A stretch of 64,000 nt of DNA from Eledone cirrhosa (GCA_964016885.1 OZ024745.1:121024001-121088000), one strand, 5' to 3'. Positions 26,669 to 40,242 are shown, counted from the first letter of the stretch. Program-made: numbers and translations. The notes: generated from the sequence alone by a model not told the origin.

Positions 26669-26911
26669 CAAACAATTCAGGTTTGCATGCCACATCTCAA
26701 CCGGGATTGTTTTATTGTCTTTCTCTTATAACATATTATGTTTTCAATTCAGTAAAATCTATTTAAAAAAATAATTAAGAAATATTTTTTTTAATCCGAA
26801 GAATTGACGAAGAAAACGAAATAATCACGGCGATAGAGTATTCTTGAAATTTGCCAAACTAGCAAAGTTGTAAAAATTACATCAATATTTATATTCATAC
26901 ACAACTACATT

Positions 26912-26956
<45 letters not shown>

Positions 26957-27093
26957 GTGGAGAGATAGATAGGTCGACAGACACTAATGGGTGAATTGGT
27001 TTACCTGAAGCAACGTGTTTGTAAAATACCCAGTGATTCCAGGATACAACACTGATGTGTCCAAGGTTTTGCATCCGTGTATGTGTGAAGAGC

Positions 27094-27127
<34 letters not shown>

Positions 27128-27949
27128 AAGAGAGAGATGTATGTGTGTGTGTGTAGAAAAGGTAAAGGAATAAAGAAGGCTGTGTGTGTGTGTGTGTATC
27201 AGTTCGAGTCAATAATTCACATATTTGTTTTGTGTATAATGGCTATTTACTGCTCTTAAAAGAAAGATGAAAGCATTTAAAGATAACCGACCAGTAAAAA
27301 AATAAATTTAATAAACAATAACGCGAGAAAATGTTTACACTAACCTTTCAAGTGTGGATGATATATTAAAAGATAAAATTAAAAGCAAACAATTCCCGGA
27401 GAAACAAATACGCACGGCTTACTCCAGTGTGTGCAAGCTGGTGCGATAAAGTCATTTACAATGCACAAGCCGGTATATTATGTATTTATATAACGACGAA
27501 CTGACGAAGAGTGCAGAGGCGGTTAGGTGTCTGAATTAAAAACATAAAATTTAAAACAGCTCCATCTAGCAGTCACTTAAAATAACTATTAAATTCCATA
27601 TCCTCAAATTTACGCAAATTTCGTTGCGGGGGAGAAATTAAAGTTTCCATTAATAGCAGATAGAGAGAATAACGTAGGAATGAATAAATGATTATGTTGC
27701 AGCTGTGCTTTTTGTGAATAGATTAAAAAAGCAATACATTCGCAATATAACATGGTAAAGTCCTATTTACGCATATTAAAAATATGAAAGTAAAATTTTA
27801 CGATAGAAAATCAATACCCAGAACGTAAACACAAAAATATGTTCGGGTATATTTATATTTAAGTTAAACTACTTTTTATCATATATTTATATATTAGTAT
27901 ATAAACACTTCTTGGTACATTCCTCTTTTATTATTTTTTTTTTTTTTTT

Positions 27950-28330
27950 CGGCCCTAGAAGAACCTCATGTATCTCAGAAGATGTGACCAGATTTTGGAG
28001 AACAGCAAAGTGTCCCCCTCCATTTCGTGAGGATGCAGCTCTCTCTTCAGAAGAACCCCAAACGAGTTCCCGATAGCAGACGCGGAGGAGGACTTCTTAT
28101 TACGTAGCCGGTGGATGATTTGCCAAAATACTTTATTTGCTTATCTAAATTCGAATTCCCACATAACCCAAAATTCCTCTTATGCCTTAACCTTAGACGC
28201 TTTTACTATCTTTGCTGCGACTTTTCGCGTCTGCTTGTACCACAAGAACAAGAAGAGAGATTTATTTTCAAACCAAACTTTGGAGGGCGTGTCTGACAAC
28301 TCCGCCCACACGACCCTCCCAGGAATAAGT
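27950..28330 (-). mobile_element. Expander/Rex3-like RTE ORF fragment (APE-RT linker)
   Basis: YKQTRKVAAKIVKASKVKA*EEF..ANKVFWQIIHRLR on minus. Confidence 0.65.
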
Positions 28331-28419
28331 GGGAGAAGAAGAAAACAATTTATAACATTTTAAAAGGTGGAAAAAGTATAAGACACATTCACTCAAGGGA
28401 CGCTGGAGTTTTCCTCTAA

Positions 28420-28700
28420 TAAATTTTGAGGCAAGCCAACATACAGCACTACCACAAGTGATAATGAAACTAAGGCACTGAAATAACCAAGTGCCCTCGC
28501 GAGCATCAGCTGATACATGATATGGAGAACCACAAACAATGACAAGAATCTTATCAGTAATCCAGCTACACTTAATGTCTCAAGCGCCACAGGCTGAAAA
28601 AATAGCTTACTGATAATTCTCTGAATTTTAGAAATTTATTCCATTCTGCTACGGATGCAGTCACTCTCACCTTGACTGCAACATCCAGGATGTGAAAAAG
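28420..28700 (-). mobile_element. CRE-clade C-terminal fragment
   Basis: Aligns with 21600-21850 (GCCACAGGCTGAAAAAATAG, ACTGCAACATCCAGGATGT). Confidence 0.7.
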
Positions 28701-28726
28701 AGGGTTACTAACTGTATTATCCAGAT

Positions 28727-28934
28727 TAAACCAGCCATATCTGGCCAGAATTCTCTCACTTCGTTCTGTTCAAACCAGCTGTAACTTACTACTCATACTG
28801 ATGTTACGGTATTGTTCTCAAAATAAATAATATAAAAATCTCATAGATTTGATATTATGTGAAATATTATATGAGGTAAAGCCTTTACTGCAAAAATACA
28901 TGAGTAAATATAGAGTAATGTAAATGTTAAAGGG
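28727..28934 (+). mobile_element. piggyBac-type MITE copy 8 (left TIR lost)
   Basis: Internal sequence and right TIR with TTAA. Confidence 0.8.
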
Positions 28935-29049
28935 TTAAGTGGTCAAAATGTTGCAGAGATGATGAAAATCGGTAAGAGACTTATTCTGAGCATATACAAT
29001 AATTTAGGAATTGACAGGTAATTCCTAAGTATAAAAAATCTTGATGAGG

Positions 29050-29606
29050 CTCAATGACATCAATGTTTTTGAGTAATTGCTCGAGGTTTACCATCATGGA
29101 GAGAGGGTTTGGCTTGAAAAGAAGGGAAGAATTCAGTAAATAGATCTACTGTCAGTTGGTAATGTAAAACTGGGTGGCCGAGGAACCAGAGCTCACATTT
29201 GGAACTGTGGACGTGAAGGCTTCTACGATAGTTCCTGTATCATCATCTTAATGTTAGCTAGAACTTTGTCTGAGGGTCTCCCAAAACTTGCACCATCAAA
29301 ATACCAGATTGGATCTATGCCTGAGATCAAATTTGAAGACTACCTTGGAGATCTGAGACAAGTTGGTGAACATTCTAAAGACATGGACGACTGCCTCACA
29401 TCTTAGTTTGGTGCCCACCCCCAGCTGAATAGGACAAAAACTCTGTGGACAGGTGATCTGAAACTGATGACAGACACGCCTTTGCTGTGAGCCATTGCAA
29501 AGTGCATCCAACTGCAATGGGGTGAAGGTCACCACTGGGCTTTACGAGGTCAAACAGTTTAGCACCAAAGAACCAGGTGAGAATAATCTTGGATGGGAAT
29601 GTGTTC
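29050..29606 (-). mobile_element. CRE-clade RT fragment
   Basis: FFGAKLFDLVKPSGDLHPIAVGCTLQWLTAK; PIQLGVGTKLRCEAVVH; WYFD. Confidence 0.75.
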
Positions 29607-30539
29607 ATTTATTTATTTATTTATATTTTTCTTAAGTCAGTATTGTTTGTTTGGGTATTGTTGTTATTCCATTCATTCTTTCTGTTTATCTTTGGCCTTC
29701 TAAGCTCTATTTCGCTTGTAAATCAGAGAGGCAAGCAAAATAGATCTTAGAAGGCCAAAGCTAAACAGAAAAAATGAATGGAATAACAACAATACTGATT
29801 TAAGAGAAATATAAATAAATAAATATATACACAATAACAACAAACACATATAAACACACTAGTAAACTTAGATAGAATACAATAACCAAAACACAGTCAC
29901 CCAAACGCAAACACACACACCAAACACTACACACACGCAAACACATGCGCAGACTAGACAAAAATAAATAAATAAATAAACAGATAAAATAAAAATGGCG
30001 TAGACATACAATACAACAGGAGGAAACATAATAGTACCACTGATGATGTTGCAGATGTGCAACGAAAGAACTTTGTAAGACTATATATATGTGTTTATAT
30101 CTATATTATATCTGTATTTTTGACCGTTGGTCAGTCAATGATAAACATTGAGGACGGAATGAATAAACTGATATAAAAGATACAGAAGCAAAAACCAACC
30201 AAACAGTGAGTGTGTTCTGTTATTATTTCTAGCAATATTATTACAACAATATGACCCTCCCCAAGTATAACAATATATATGTATGTAAAAGGAAAACAGA
30301 AATAACAACACAATCGGTACAGTATATGGAAGGAATATATTAGGTTAACACTTATAAAAGCAGGACAATCCTATACGAAATAGCAAGACAACCAATCTTG
30401 CCTCACGTGGGACAATTCCCGTCTAAACCCATGCTAGCGTGGAGGATGGACGTTAAACGATGATGATGATATTTATACATATATATATTTATATATATAT
30501 ATATATGTATATTTATATATATAGTGAAAGAGTGAAGTA

Positions 30540-31640
30540 GCTTAATAGCACCACCTGGTGAAGTCTTTCAAATCAGGATTTTGGCACCATCGCCCACTCA
30601 AGTAGAGAGTTATTGTTTACGGAGGCATATCCGGGTGTAGGAGGCTTATCCGGAATTTCTTGAAGGAATTTGTCCAAAGACTTCTTGAACTTGATGGGGT
30701 CTGTTTCTGTTTTAATGTGTTTTGTGTAATGTTAAAGAGAGCAGGGCCAATTGAGGTGAAATAATTGTGTCGTATTGTTGTTATGAGATGCGAGTGAGAT
30801 TTTTGTTGTGGGCGGACAGCACAGGGCCCAAGCCTTGGGTGTACATTAAAGGTGATGCCAACATCATTTGGGCAAAGCTGATGGAATATTTTCCACATCA
30901 TGCAGATAATGTAGCGCTCACGGCGACGTTGGAGAGAATAAAGGTTGAGCTTTTCTAATCGACTCCAATAGTCAAGGCCTGTCATGCCATCTATCTTTTT
31001 TGTAATCGATCTTTGAGGTGCTTCAACTTTCATAATACTTTGTTTCGTATGGGGAGACCACAGTGGACAACAGTATTCAAGGTGGAGTCAGGCAAAAGTG
31101 GAGAAGAGAAGGATAACAGTGTGGATATCTCTCGACTGGAAGGTTCTGAGAATCCAGGAAAACATTCTGCAGGCCATGTCAACTTTGCTGTTTATATGAG
31201 TGGCCCAGGTCTCTGATGTTCTTGGATGCCACGAGAGTTTCACCCGAAGGAAGAGAGTATGGTAGTTTCAGGGAATCCTTTTTTCCAAAGTGGATTAACT
31301 CAAACTTATCCTCATTCAACACCATATTGTTCTTTTCTGCCCATTGGATAACAACCAGTAGGTCTGACTGAAGGCAAGTCCGGTCACCCACCTCATTGAT
31401 GACCCTTTGGAGCTGCTTGGAATCATCTGCGAAGATTCTTATGTTACTGTGCTTGATGATGTCAGTAATGTCATTAAAGTAGATGTTGAAAAGAAGTGGG
31501 CCCAACACGGTGCTTTGTGGGACGCCACTGCTGACTTTGGCTGGGCTTGATTTTACTCCTTCGACTACAACATGTTGGGTTCTGTCTGTCATAAAATATT
31601 TGATCCACAGTAGTAACTTTCCAGAGACACCAATATTGGA
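30540..31640 (-). mobile_element. CR1-like LINE, RT C-half to 3' end
   Basis: SGVPQSTVLGPLLF, IFADDSK, NMVLNEDKF, LDYWSRLEKLNLYSLQRRRERY; (TA)n on both flanks. Confidence 0.9.
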
Positions 31641-31780
31641 TATATATATATATATATTTATTATCACCGAAACGGTGGGAATCTAGCTAGATACTGCTGA
31701 CTTAGTTCGGATCTAGCTGTCGAAATGACCGGAGCTCAGCCATCGGGGTCATGAATCTTTTCCTATGTATATATATATAT

Positions 31781-32188
31781 AAGACCCGCCTTGCCTAAGT
31801 ACAAAGCGAAACCTACAGTCAGTAGGCACCTCTTAACAAAAATACACCCCCGTCCCACTACCCCCACCCCATCCACACCACCCCTTTCGATATAAAGTTA
31901 TGTTGGTACCACAACATCCAGTCCGAAATAAATGAGGTCGTGTAGGTGTCACGACAAAAAACCTCCCAGTCCACGCTGTAATGTGGCCTTGTAAGTAACA
32001 CGGTAAAAACCTCCCAGTCCACACTGTAAACGTGGTTGGTGTTAGGAAGGGCATCCAGCCGTAGAAAACCCGCCAGACAGTCCTATACGAGCAAGACAAC
32101 CACTCTTGCCTCAAGTGGGAAAATTCCCGTCCAAACCCATGCAAGCGTGGAAGATGGACGTTAAACGATGATGATGATGATGATGATA
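31781..32188 (+). mobile_element. RTE family A 3'UTR (shorter end also at about 30360-30470)
   Basis: Colinear with 1900-2315; (GAT)n tail; TA flanks. Confidence 0.85.
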
Positions 32189-32699
32189 TATATATATAGG
32201 GAGTGTAATATGCAATTACTGTAGGTTCACCCAGGTGAGCACTCGATGCGTAGATTCACGTCTGTAACGAGGTGTAGAGCTAAACAGAGTGTAAATATAA
32301 TAATAAAAGGACGATTTGTTATGTCTTCATTATGTTTATTGAGTAGTGACGCAGATTTCACTATTGATCAGCTCAAGATTTGATCTGTTTCGATCTGGCC
32401 TGACTCTGGAATCAAAAGCTCGTCGGACTTCTGCTGTGGTAATGACAGAATGAACATATAAAGCATAGAGATGTGTTAGTAACGTTTCGCGTTCATATGG
32501 TGGTCAATTTATGTAGAAACAATTATTATAAACATACAACACAAAGCATTATGCCACAAATAGGCTATTCCAGCTTAGTACTTTGTTTGATGACCTTTAG
32601 TAGCAATTACTGCAAGGCAGTGATTCCATTGAGGAGGCACAATATTCAGGAGTAATGTGTTGTAACTGGATTAGTGAATTAGTTAAGCAGTCATCAACA

Positions 32700-34775
32700 A
32701 CAAATGGAGGCTTAGTGCTGTGAAAGGTCAATAACTGCCGCTGAAATATGGGAGGCAATAACTGGCTGCATGAGGGGTAAATCGCCTGGTTTGGATGGTC
32801 TGCCCTACAAGCTTTATATACACATGCGTGACTTGTTTGAGGACCTCTTGACAGACGTCTACTGCAACTGGCAACAGAACAGGAGAATTCCCAGTTCTAT
32901 GTGCCGCGGAGTGGTGGCACTGCTGAGAAAGGACCCAAACAAGGGGGACAACATAGACAATTTTAGGTCCATAACTCTACTGAATGCTGAATTCAAAATT
33001 TTGGTATATTAGCAACAAGATTGGCGCTTGTTGTCGGGAATCTTGTGGGAAAGGCGCAGACATGCACCATTCCCAAGAGATCTATCCACAACAACCTCCA
33101 CCTCATGTGATACATTGTGGAGAGGGTAGCTAGGGAACCTGGCACAGGTGGGGCCTTGATCAATTTAGATCAATCAAACGCTTTCGATAGGGTCGTCCAT
33201 CATCATCTGGCGGCGGCCTGAGGGTGGCCAGCTTTGCGTCTGTCCTCAGAGGCTGGATGCACAGCGACATCTGCTCTGTTCAAATCATGGCTCAATCCGC
33301 CAAGCATGTCCCTTTTCGTCCATGTTATACATATTGACTCTCAAGCCATTACTGCACAAACTGGAGACGTTGAGGAGTGTCCTGCACGAACTGTGATGCA
33401 GGGGAATCATGTCAGCATATGCCAACGACGTCACCATAGTGGTGTCGAGTGACAAACATATTGAAGCAATCGGCACTACTCTAAGAGAATACGAGGTGGT
33501 GATAGGAGCAATGATTAACCAGGAAAAGTCAGTGGGCCTTTGGCTTGGCACCTGGAGAGGCAGGTCCACGTCGTCCATCTGCTGTCAACACCCGCAACGT
33601 GGTGTGCTGGGCATACTGTGACTGATGATGCACAGACATGCGTTCAGGCTATGGCATCTCCACCTCTTCCTCGACGGTGAACAGGTGTGGTCGCCGTTTG
33701 CTAGACACTTTTTTCCCCAGCTCATCTTGACAGAGCTGCAGTCCTGGATCAAGCGAAGATTGAGAGGAAGCGTCTGGAGACTGGAATTGCATTCAGGCGC
33801 ACACAGCCCTCAACCAATAAAGCCATGCAATCAGTGGAAACTCCACCTTGGCATTCTAAAGAGGGTTAGTGGAGGGCAAGAATGATGATGTCCTTGGGGA
33901 AACTCTGGGTGTCGACAAAAGCCAACTAGCTATTCTCTTTGAGAGGACTTTCGGTCCAGGGCCAATGGATAACTTCCAGAAGTCCCTGGCTTGGCAGTGT
34001 TACCGGGGAGCATTGCCAGTTTGAAATAAACTTTACAGGCATGAAAGTGCCATCAGTCGGGCCTGTCCAAGATGTGCATTGGGCAACGAGACCATCCTGC
34101 ACGCATTTGTCCAGTGTGCGAACATTGCTGACTTGTGGGTTTATGTTGAACATCTGCTGTCATATGTAAAATGAATCCGGCTATCAGCCGAGTCCATCGT
34201 GAAGATTGCCCCGCCACCCACCTTTGACCAGGAAGGGCAGGCAAGTTTTTATCTGCCTGGTGGCCATGGTAAAAGAGGTGGTATGGTGGACGTGTCTGAA
34301 AGGGTTGAAGACCAGCACTTTGCTCTTCAGTGGCGCCCTCATTAACCTTTTCAAGTTTCACCTGAAAAGGAAAATCAGGGTGGAGAGAGCAGTGCTGCCT
34401 TCCAGCCAGTTTATTGAAAGGTGGGTGAGAGAGGCAGGAATGGCCCGTGTGAATGGGCCTGCCCTGCGTGTGTGCCTGTTTGTTGCATCGTAGGAGGAAA
34501 ACTGGGAGAGGGCACTTGCCTTGGCAGTCAGGGTGTCTGTGGCTTTTTGTGGGCTTTCTCCATGAGTGACCCTTGAATTTCTCTATTGGAGAATTTTTCC
34601 TTTGTTTTCATTTTATTTTGTTATATCCTTTGTTTTTGTTTTTATATGTATAATTTGGGGGGGTTTTAAATGCAGAAATGCCCATTTGTACCACCCTGTA
34701 CCGTCCTTAATGCTATACTTTATGTCAACCCTTCTGGTTAATAAAGAAAGCATTATTATTACTATTATCATATTT
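32700..34775 (+). mobile_element. L1/Tx1-clade LINE, decayed RT, zinc knuckle and 3'UTR
   Basis: KSPGLDGLP, NFRSITLLNAEFKIL, LDQSNAFDRV, SAYANDVT, INQEKS, CPRC..HAFVQC; AATAAA then (ATT)n tail. Confidence 0.85.
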
Positions 34776-35557
34776 TCCATTGATTTCGCTTTATATGCTA
34801 TCACTACTGAGTATCAACCAGATAGTTAAGGCAAGCATTGTTGGGTTTGACAGTTTCCGATAGCTTTTGTTTTTCATTTTGTTCTGTTCTCACATTCACT
34901 GAACAAGTCACATCACAAAAGTTGAAGAGTAAATAAGTTTTAAAAAAAGGGAAAAAGGTAAGAATAGAAGGAAATAAAAAGAAGCATTAAGGAGTATAAA
35001 AGATAAGAATTGATTTTGTATTAAGGATATTTGAATTGTATTAAATATTAATTAAATTTGCTATAAAAATTAAACAGAAAAGATTGTGTGTTGACATATA
35101 TTACAAAGACAAAAATGTATGAAGTATATGGGTGATACTTGTGAGAACTATCTTTTGGACTTCATAGATACTAGATTTACCAGGTCTTCTAGAAACTTTT
35201 GAAAACCTTTCTTTCTGACATCTAGAGTTCTTATCACTTCTAAAATGGTTTGTGTTTTAAGGTGCCACATTCTGTTTATCTCAATTTCTAGATCTTTATA
35301 TTTAGCAAGTTTCTCATACTCTTTTACTGACACATTTCTATCAGTTGGTACAGTCATGTCAATGAGGAAACAGGACTTGTTTTTTAAATCTTTGATAATG
35401 ATATCTGGGCGGTTTGCATTAATAGTATGATCTGTGGGAATGGTAAATTCCCAAAGGGTTGTTACTCCTTCAGTCTCAGTTACTGCTTGTGGTTTGTGTT
35501 TGTGTTCATACCAGTCTGTATGTTCTGCATTGAATTTATTTTTTGCATTATTATCCC

Positions 35558-35685
35558 ATTTACAGTCTGAGTTCAAATCCCGCCAAGGTTAACTTTGCCT
35601 TTCATCCTTACGGGGTCGATAAAATAAAGTACCAGTAATGCACTGGGTAGTTGCTGGCATTGTGCTAAAAGTAGAAACAATTATT
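35558..35685 (+). mobile_element. SINE family 1, 5' truncated, nested in the R4/Dong element
   Basis: TSD ATTATTATCCCA (35546-35557/35680-35691). Confidence 0.9.
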
Positions 35686-35972
35686 ATCCCACCCTATCAT
35701 GTCTCATCTTACATTCAGTTGGTACTAGTGTAGGACATCCTGATATTATATGGTCAATTGTTTCAAGTTGTATGTCACATATCCTGCATTTGGAGTCTGT
35801 TCCATTTCTGATAATTCCTAGTAAAGAGGCCCCGGTCGTGGGCAGCAAAAGTAAAGCTTTCTGTTTCAGCTTTTAATCCCAAACTTCACAGCCACTGATG
35901 GGTTTGTCGTTGATCTACATCAGCATCTTGGGTGGGAAGTGGGAATTAGCTGAGCAGAGGTTTTTTGTTGAA

Positions 35973-36390
35973 ATCTGCAACTGCAGAGGATATGCGACGG
36001 CTGGAGAGAAATGAAGCAAGCATGCTCCATTGGATGTGCAATGTCAATGTACATGAACGACCAAGCATGGATGAGTTGAGAGAGAAACTGTGTATAAGAG
36101 GGATAAGTTGTAGTGTGCGGGAGAGAGGACTGCGATGGTATGGACATGTGATGCGCATGGAGGATGACCGATGGGTAAAGAAGTGCCAAGAAATGCCAGT
36201 AGAAGGAAGACGCAGTAGAGGAAGACCACGAAAAACATGAGCGGAGGTGGTGAGAGCAGACCTCAGATCGCTGAAGCTCACGGAGGAGATGACGAAGGAC
36301 CGTGACAAGTGGAGAGATGCTGTGTTGAATAGGACCTGTCTCACCCTTGCAATCAGGGAAAAGTGGACATAAAATGATGATGATGATGAT
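35973..36390 (+). mobile_element. RTE family B 3' end nested in the R4/Dong element
   Basis: DMRRLERNEASMLHWMC..LRWYGHVMRM..RGRPRKT; (TGA)n tail. Confidence 0.9.
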
Positions 36391-36893
36391 CTATCTCTAA
36401 ATGTTTTTAGATCTTCTAGCTTTGACTTACTTCTGTGGATTTTTGCAGCCTCAGTTGGAATTAAGTCATCTTCATTATTTAGTTGTATGTCTTCAGTTTA
36501 TAGTTCTTTCCTGTCTCTTTGAGTACTGAATGGAGTTTCTTTTGGTTTTATGCTCTCTTACTAACACCATCATCCACCCATTGGTGCTCTCTAGGTAGGT
36601 TTGTAAGCCTATTGTAGCTATTTTATATGACAGTTCCAGTTGGATTAGTCCTTTTCCCCTTCTTCTCCAGGCAATTATATGTGATCTACATCTGCCTGAA
36701 GATGATGCATTTTGTTGATTCTAAAGAAGTTTCAAGTTTTGGAGTCCATTTTTGAAGCTCAGATAAGTTCCAATTAATGATGTTGGAACTGTATCTTACC
36801 ACTGCTACAGCTAAGGTGTTTACAGCCTGGAAACGGTTTAAAGAATTTAGTTCAGTTTTCAGAATCAGCCTTACTTATTATTATTAAATGTTA

Positions 36894-37085
36894 GTGCGGT
36901 GGATTGGCAGTATCGGTAGAGGGTTGGACGCCATGCTTTGACACATAGTTACGGCCCTTGCCATTCTCAGTTCAAATCCCGCCGAGGTTAATTTTGCTTT
37001 TCATCCTTATGAGGTCGATAAAATAAAGTACCAGTAATACACTGGTTAATTGCTGGCCTTGTGCCAAAAGTAGAAACAATTATTA
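36894..37085 (+). mobile_element. SINE family 1
   Basis: TSD ATTATTATTAAATGTTA (36877-36893/37079-37095). Confidence 0.9.
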
Positions 37086-37559
37086 TTAAATGTTATCTTT
37101 ACCATTGCAAAGTGCTGATGTTAACTACCAATACTTTTCTTCTTACCATCAGGCTTCATCTCGGACCTGCCCTTCTTTACCCCTTCCCTCTTTTTTCATT
37201 TGTTTTTATCCTTTTTTTAATATTTTCATTATTTGTGTAACTTTTGTTCAATAAATTTTTGTATGTGTTAACATAAAAAATTGTATAAATTGTAATTTTC
37301 ATTGATTTGGCAAAGGCCAATGAGTGAGTGCCTCAGTGAAAGTGTGAGTACCAAAGTCTGGGGTAACCCAGACTTCAATTTTATATAAGGTGTGTTATCT
37401 TACATACAAAATAAAAACTTTATCCTTTGTTTAATTCGCCATGGTTATCAATCGGGTTATAACCTGGAAAAACAAGGGAAAACTCATCCAGTGTCGATTT
37501 CGCTACACACACAATAGATAACAGTCCGATAATTCTCTGTCTTTATGGACAAAAAGTTA

Positions 37560-38110
37560 TATAATGATGGAAATATTAAAAAAAGAATAAGAACAAAATT
37601 AAGAAATTAAATTAAAAACGGAAAAAAAAGAAGGGTTAAAGAAGATCAGATCTGGCTGTATAGGAAAGGACTATAAATACCAACGAGAGGAAAAGGAGGG
37701 GAAGAGCAAGGACTATTAGGGAACGGAAGAAAGAAGGGAGGAAGGGGTGAGGGTGACAGACTTTACACCAAGGTCAGAGTGGTGTTTTGGCTGTGCCCTG
37801 TGGACAAAATTACAAAAGTATTTCCACGGACAATGGTCAGCAACACCTGCTGCAACAGCCACCCCACTTCACGGGGCTCCTTCTGATGGGCTGCTGTCAT
37901 TGTGATTTTATGGGGGAGTTCAGCTGTACAAGGTCCAAGGACACCTGAGATGATGACGATGACCAGTGCATAGAGGAAGCAGCCGTACAAGCCCCAGTAT
38001 TTGGTTGTCTTCCTTTCCTTTACATTGAGGGTCGCGGTACTGGGGTTTGTGGCCAAAGCAACTAAGTTGGAGGTGGAGAATGTGTCACAGTATGTCGCGT
38101 CCCAAGATAT
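37560..38110 (-). mobile_element. CRE-clade LINE 3' end (second subfamily)
   Basis: ERKTTKYWGL..PREVGWLLQQVLLTIVRGN; 3'UTR shared with 46860-47000. Confidence 0.75.
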
Positions 38111-38151
38111 AAACAGAAGTTAATTTTTCTGTTTTTTTTCTTTCTAATGTT

Positions 38152-38345
38152 TATAATAACTGTTCCTACTTTTAGCACAAGGCCAGCAATTACCCCAGTA
38201 CATTACTGGTGCTTTATTTTATCGACCCCGTAAGGACGAAAGGCAAAGTTATCCTCGGTGGGATTTGAACTCAGATTGTAAAGGGCCATAACTCTATGAT
38301 ACAAAACAAGGTGTCTGACGCTCTACCGATACTGCCAATCCAATC
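38152..38345 (-). mobile_element. SINE family 1
   Basis: Core match; TCTAATGTTT flanking duplication. Confidence 0.85.
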
Positions 38346-38619
38346 TAATGTTTCTTCTAGAGAATTTGATTTCACCCAAGAAGATGTAAAAGGGAGTTCA
38401 AACTTGTTCATCGTTGTGGTAACCAGATTTATCAAATGTTTAATTTAGTATTTCTGAATGTTTATTTTCATGCCTCTTGTTTTTACCCAATGTTCCATGG
38501 AGTTATCTGCTAATGGCCATATTTGGGCACCTCAGTCAAGGATTTTAATCAACTAGAATTTTTTTCCATATGCTGATATGGTGCATGCTTCTGATATGCT
38601 CAGACATGGAATCTTTGAT

Positions 38620-38965
38620 CTAATTTTGGTATTATATGTGTATATGTATACATTTATATGTATACATAATATTATATGTATACATAAATATAAACACGCA
38701 AACACAGACACACTAACAAAAATACACACTCACAGACATACATTCACACAAACACACACATACATTGACACAAATATATGCTTACATAAACACACATACA
38801 CATACACTCACATAGAGCATAGTTTTTTCACCACCCCCTCATTCCTTTTACACACACATACATTTATGGCGGCAGCAGACGTTAAGAGTGAGGAGTAGTA
38901 TGAGGTAGACAAACTACTCCTCTCTCTTTACGTGTTGTGACAAAATCGCAAAAATCTATATATAG
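38620..38965 (+). repeat. Dispersed element with internal CA-rich satellite and hairpin
   Basis: CATACATTCACACAAACACA units then GAGGAGTAGT-13nt-ACTACTCCTC; inverted relative at 48990-49900, partial at about 690-820. Confidence 0.65.
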
Positions 38966-39257
38966 ATTATATCGAATACTGTTTTAGTTTTTAAAATGTC
39001 TCACTTTACTTAAATATTGAATTACGTTTCCCCCACGGAGTTACACACTCACACACAACAAACCTCTTCCCTGTCGCACCCAACAAAATTTCATTCAATT
39101 TAGCGCATTCGACACTTCACATATATTTATCATGTCCTTACGTATCTAGCAAATGTGATCACTGAAGCTATGTGAGAAGACATCCACATTTATATTCAAT
39201 TTGTTGTGCAGTTTATTTCTTAACACAGCATCCTCTGAGTCCAGAAACTTCAAAATA

Positions 39258-39478
39258 ATATTTGTTTCTACTTTTTGCACAAAGTCGGCAATTTGACGGG
39301 AAAAGAAAGGTCAATTAGATAGACCCCAGTGCGTTACTGGTATCATATTTTATTGAACTTGTAAGGATGAAAGGCAAAGCTAACCTCGGTGGAATTTGAA
39401 CTCAGAACGTAAAGGGCTGTAACTCTATGCTATGAAGCATGTCCGACACTCCACCGATTCTGCCAATCCACCGCCCAT
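39258..39478 (-). mobile_element. SINE family 1 (extra head fragment at 39540-39606)
   Basis: Core and head match. Confidence 0.8.
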
Positions 39479-39874
39479 AAAACAACCAGATGGTCACAAC
39501 AGAATTGCTTTTGATTATGGAACTGCTCAACAAGAACCAGTAAAGCGATGTAACTCTGTGCCACAAAACGTTCTATGCTCTACAGATATTGTCAATCTAC
39601 CGCCCTTCAATATAATGTAAGGCAATGAGTAATATTACCTTTCCCTCACATTTAATGCAGAGGTCATTCAAATTTAATCATTTGTTTATCTTTAGTGCAG
39701 ATAGTTTCTCTGAATTAGTGTTAATTAGTGTCATAAGTTTGACAACTTTGCAGCATCGTTAAGCAAATATTTTGGTATGGAACCAAAACAATTATCTGTA
39801 GAAAAATCCAGTCTTACAGTTAAAGTAATGCTTATAATCCAAAAGTCAGTGTAATAATTTTCTGCATAAATTTA

Positions 39875-40167
39875 CATATATATCTATATGTATATATATA
39901 AACAGATATGTATGTATATATATATATAGAGAGATATAATTATATATATATACATATAATTATATATATATATATATAATTATATATATAATTATATATA
40001 TTATATATATATATAATTATACATTCGTTGTACTGCCTCTCTGTTTTGTTCCTGTTCAAATTTTTCCATTATATATATATATTGTTATACTTTGGGAGGG
40101 TCATGTTGCCAATAATACTGAAAACAACAATATATATATATAATTATATATATTATATATATATAAT

Positions 40168-40203
<36 letters not shown>

Positions 40204-40206
40204 AAT

Positions 40207-40242
<36 letters not shown>

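Larger units (their letters stand above)
35130..37140 (-). mobile_element. R4/Dong-like LINE (REL endonuclease), decayed and interrupted three times
   Basis: WYEH-PQAVTE..LWEFTIPTDHTINANRPDIII..FLIDMTVP..EKLAKYKDLEIEI; LKAETESFTFAA; QAVNTLAV. Confidence 0.8.

Noticed and set aside
32264-32541. Solo LTR (TG...CA); similar case at 55161-55353
   Set aside because: No TSD, second copy, PBS or PPT
38890-38922. let-7-like TGAGGTAG in a hairpin
   Set aside because: Only 8 nt match, located in the loop of a repeat-borne stem
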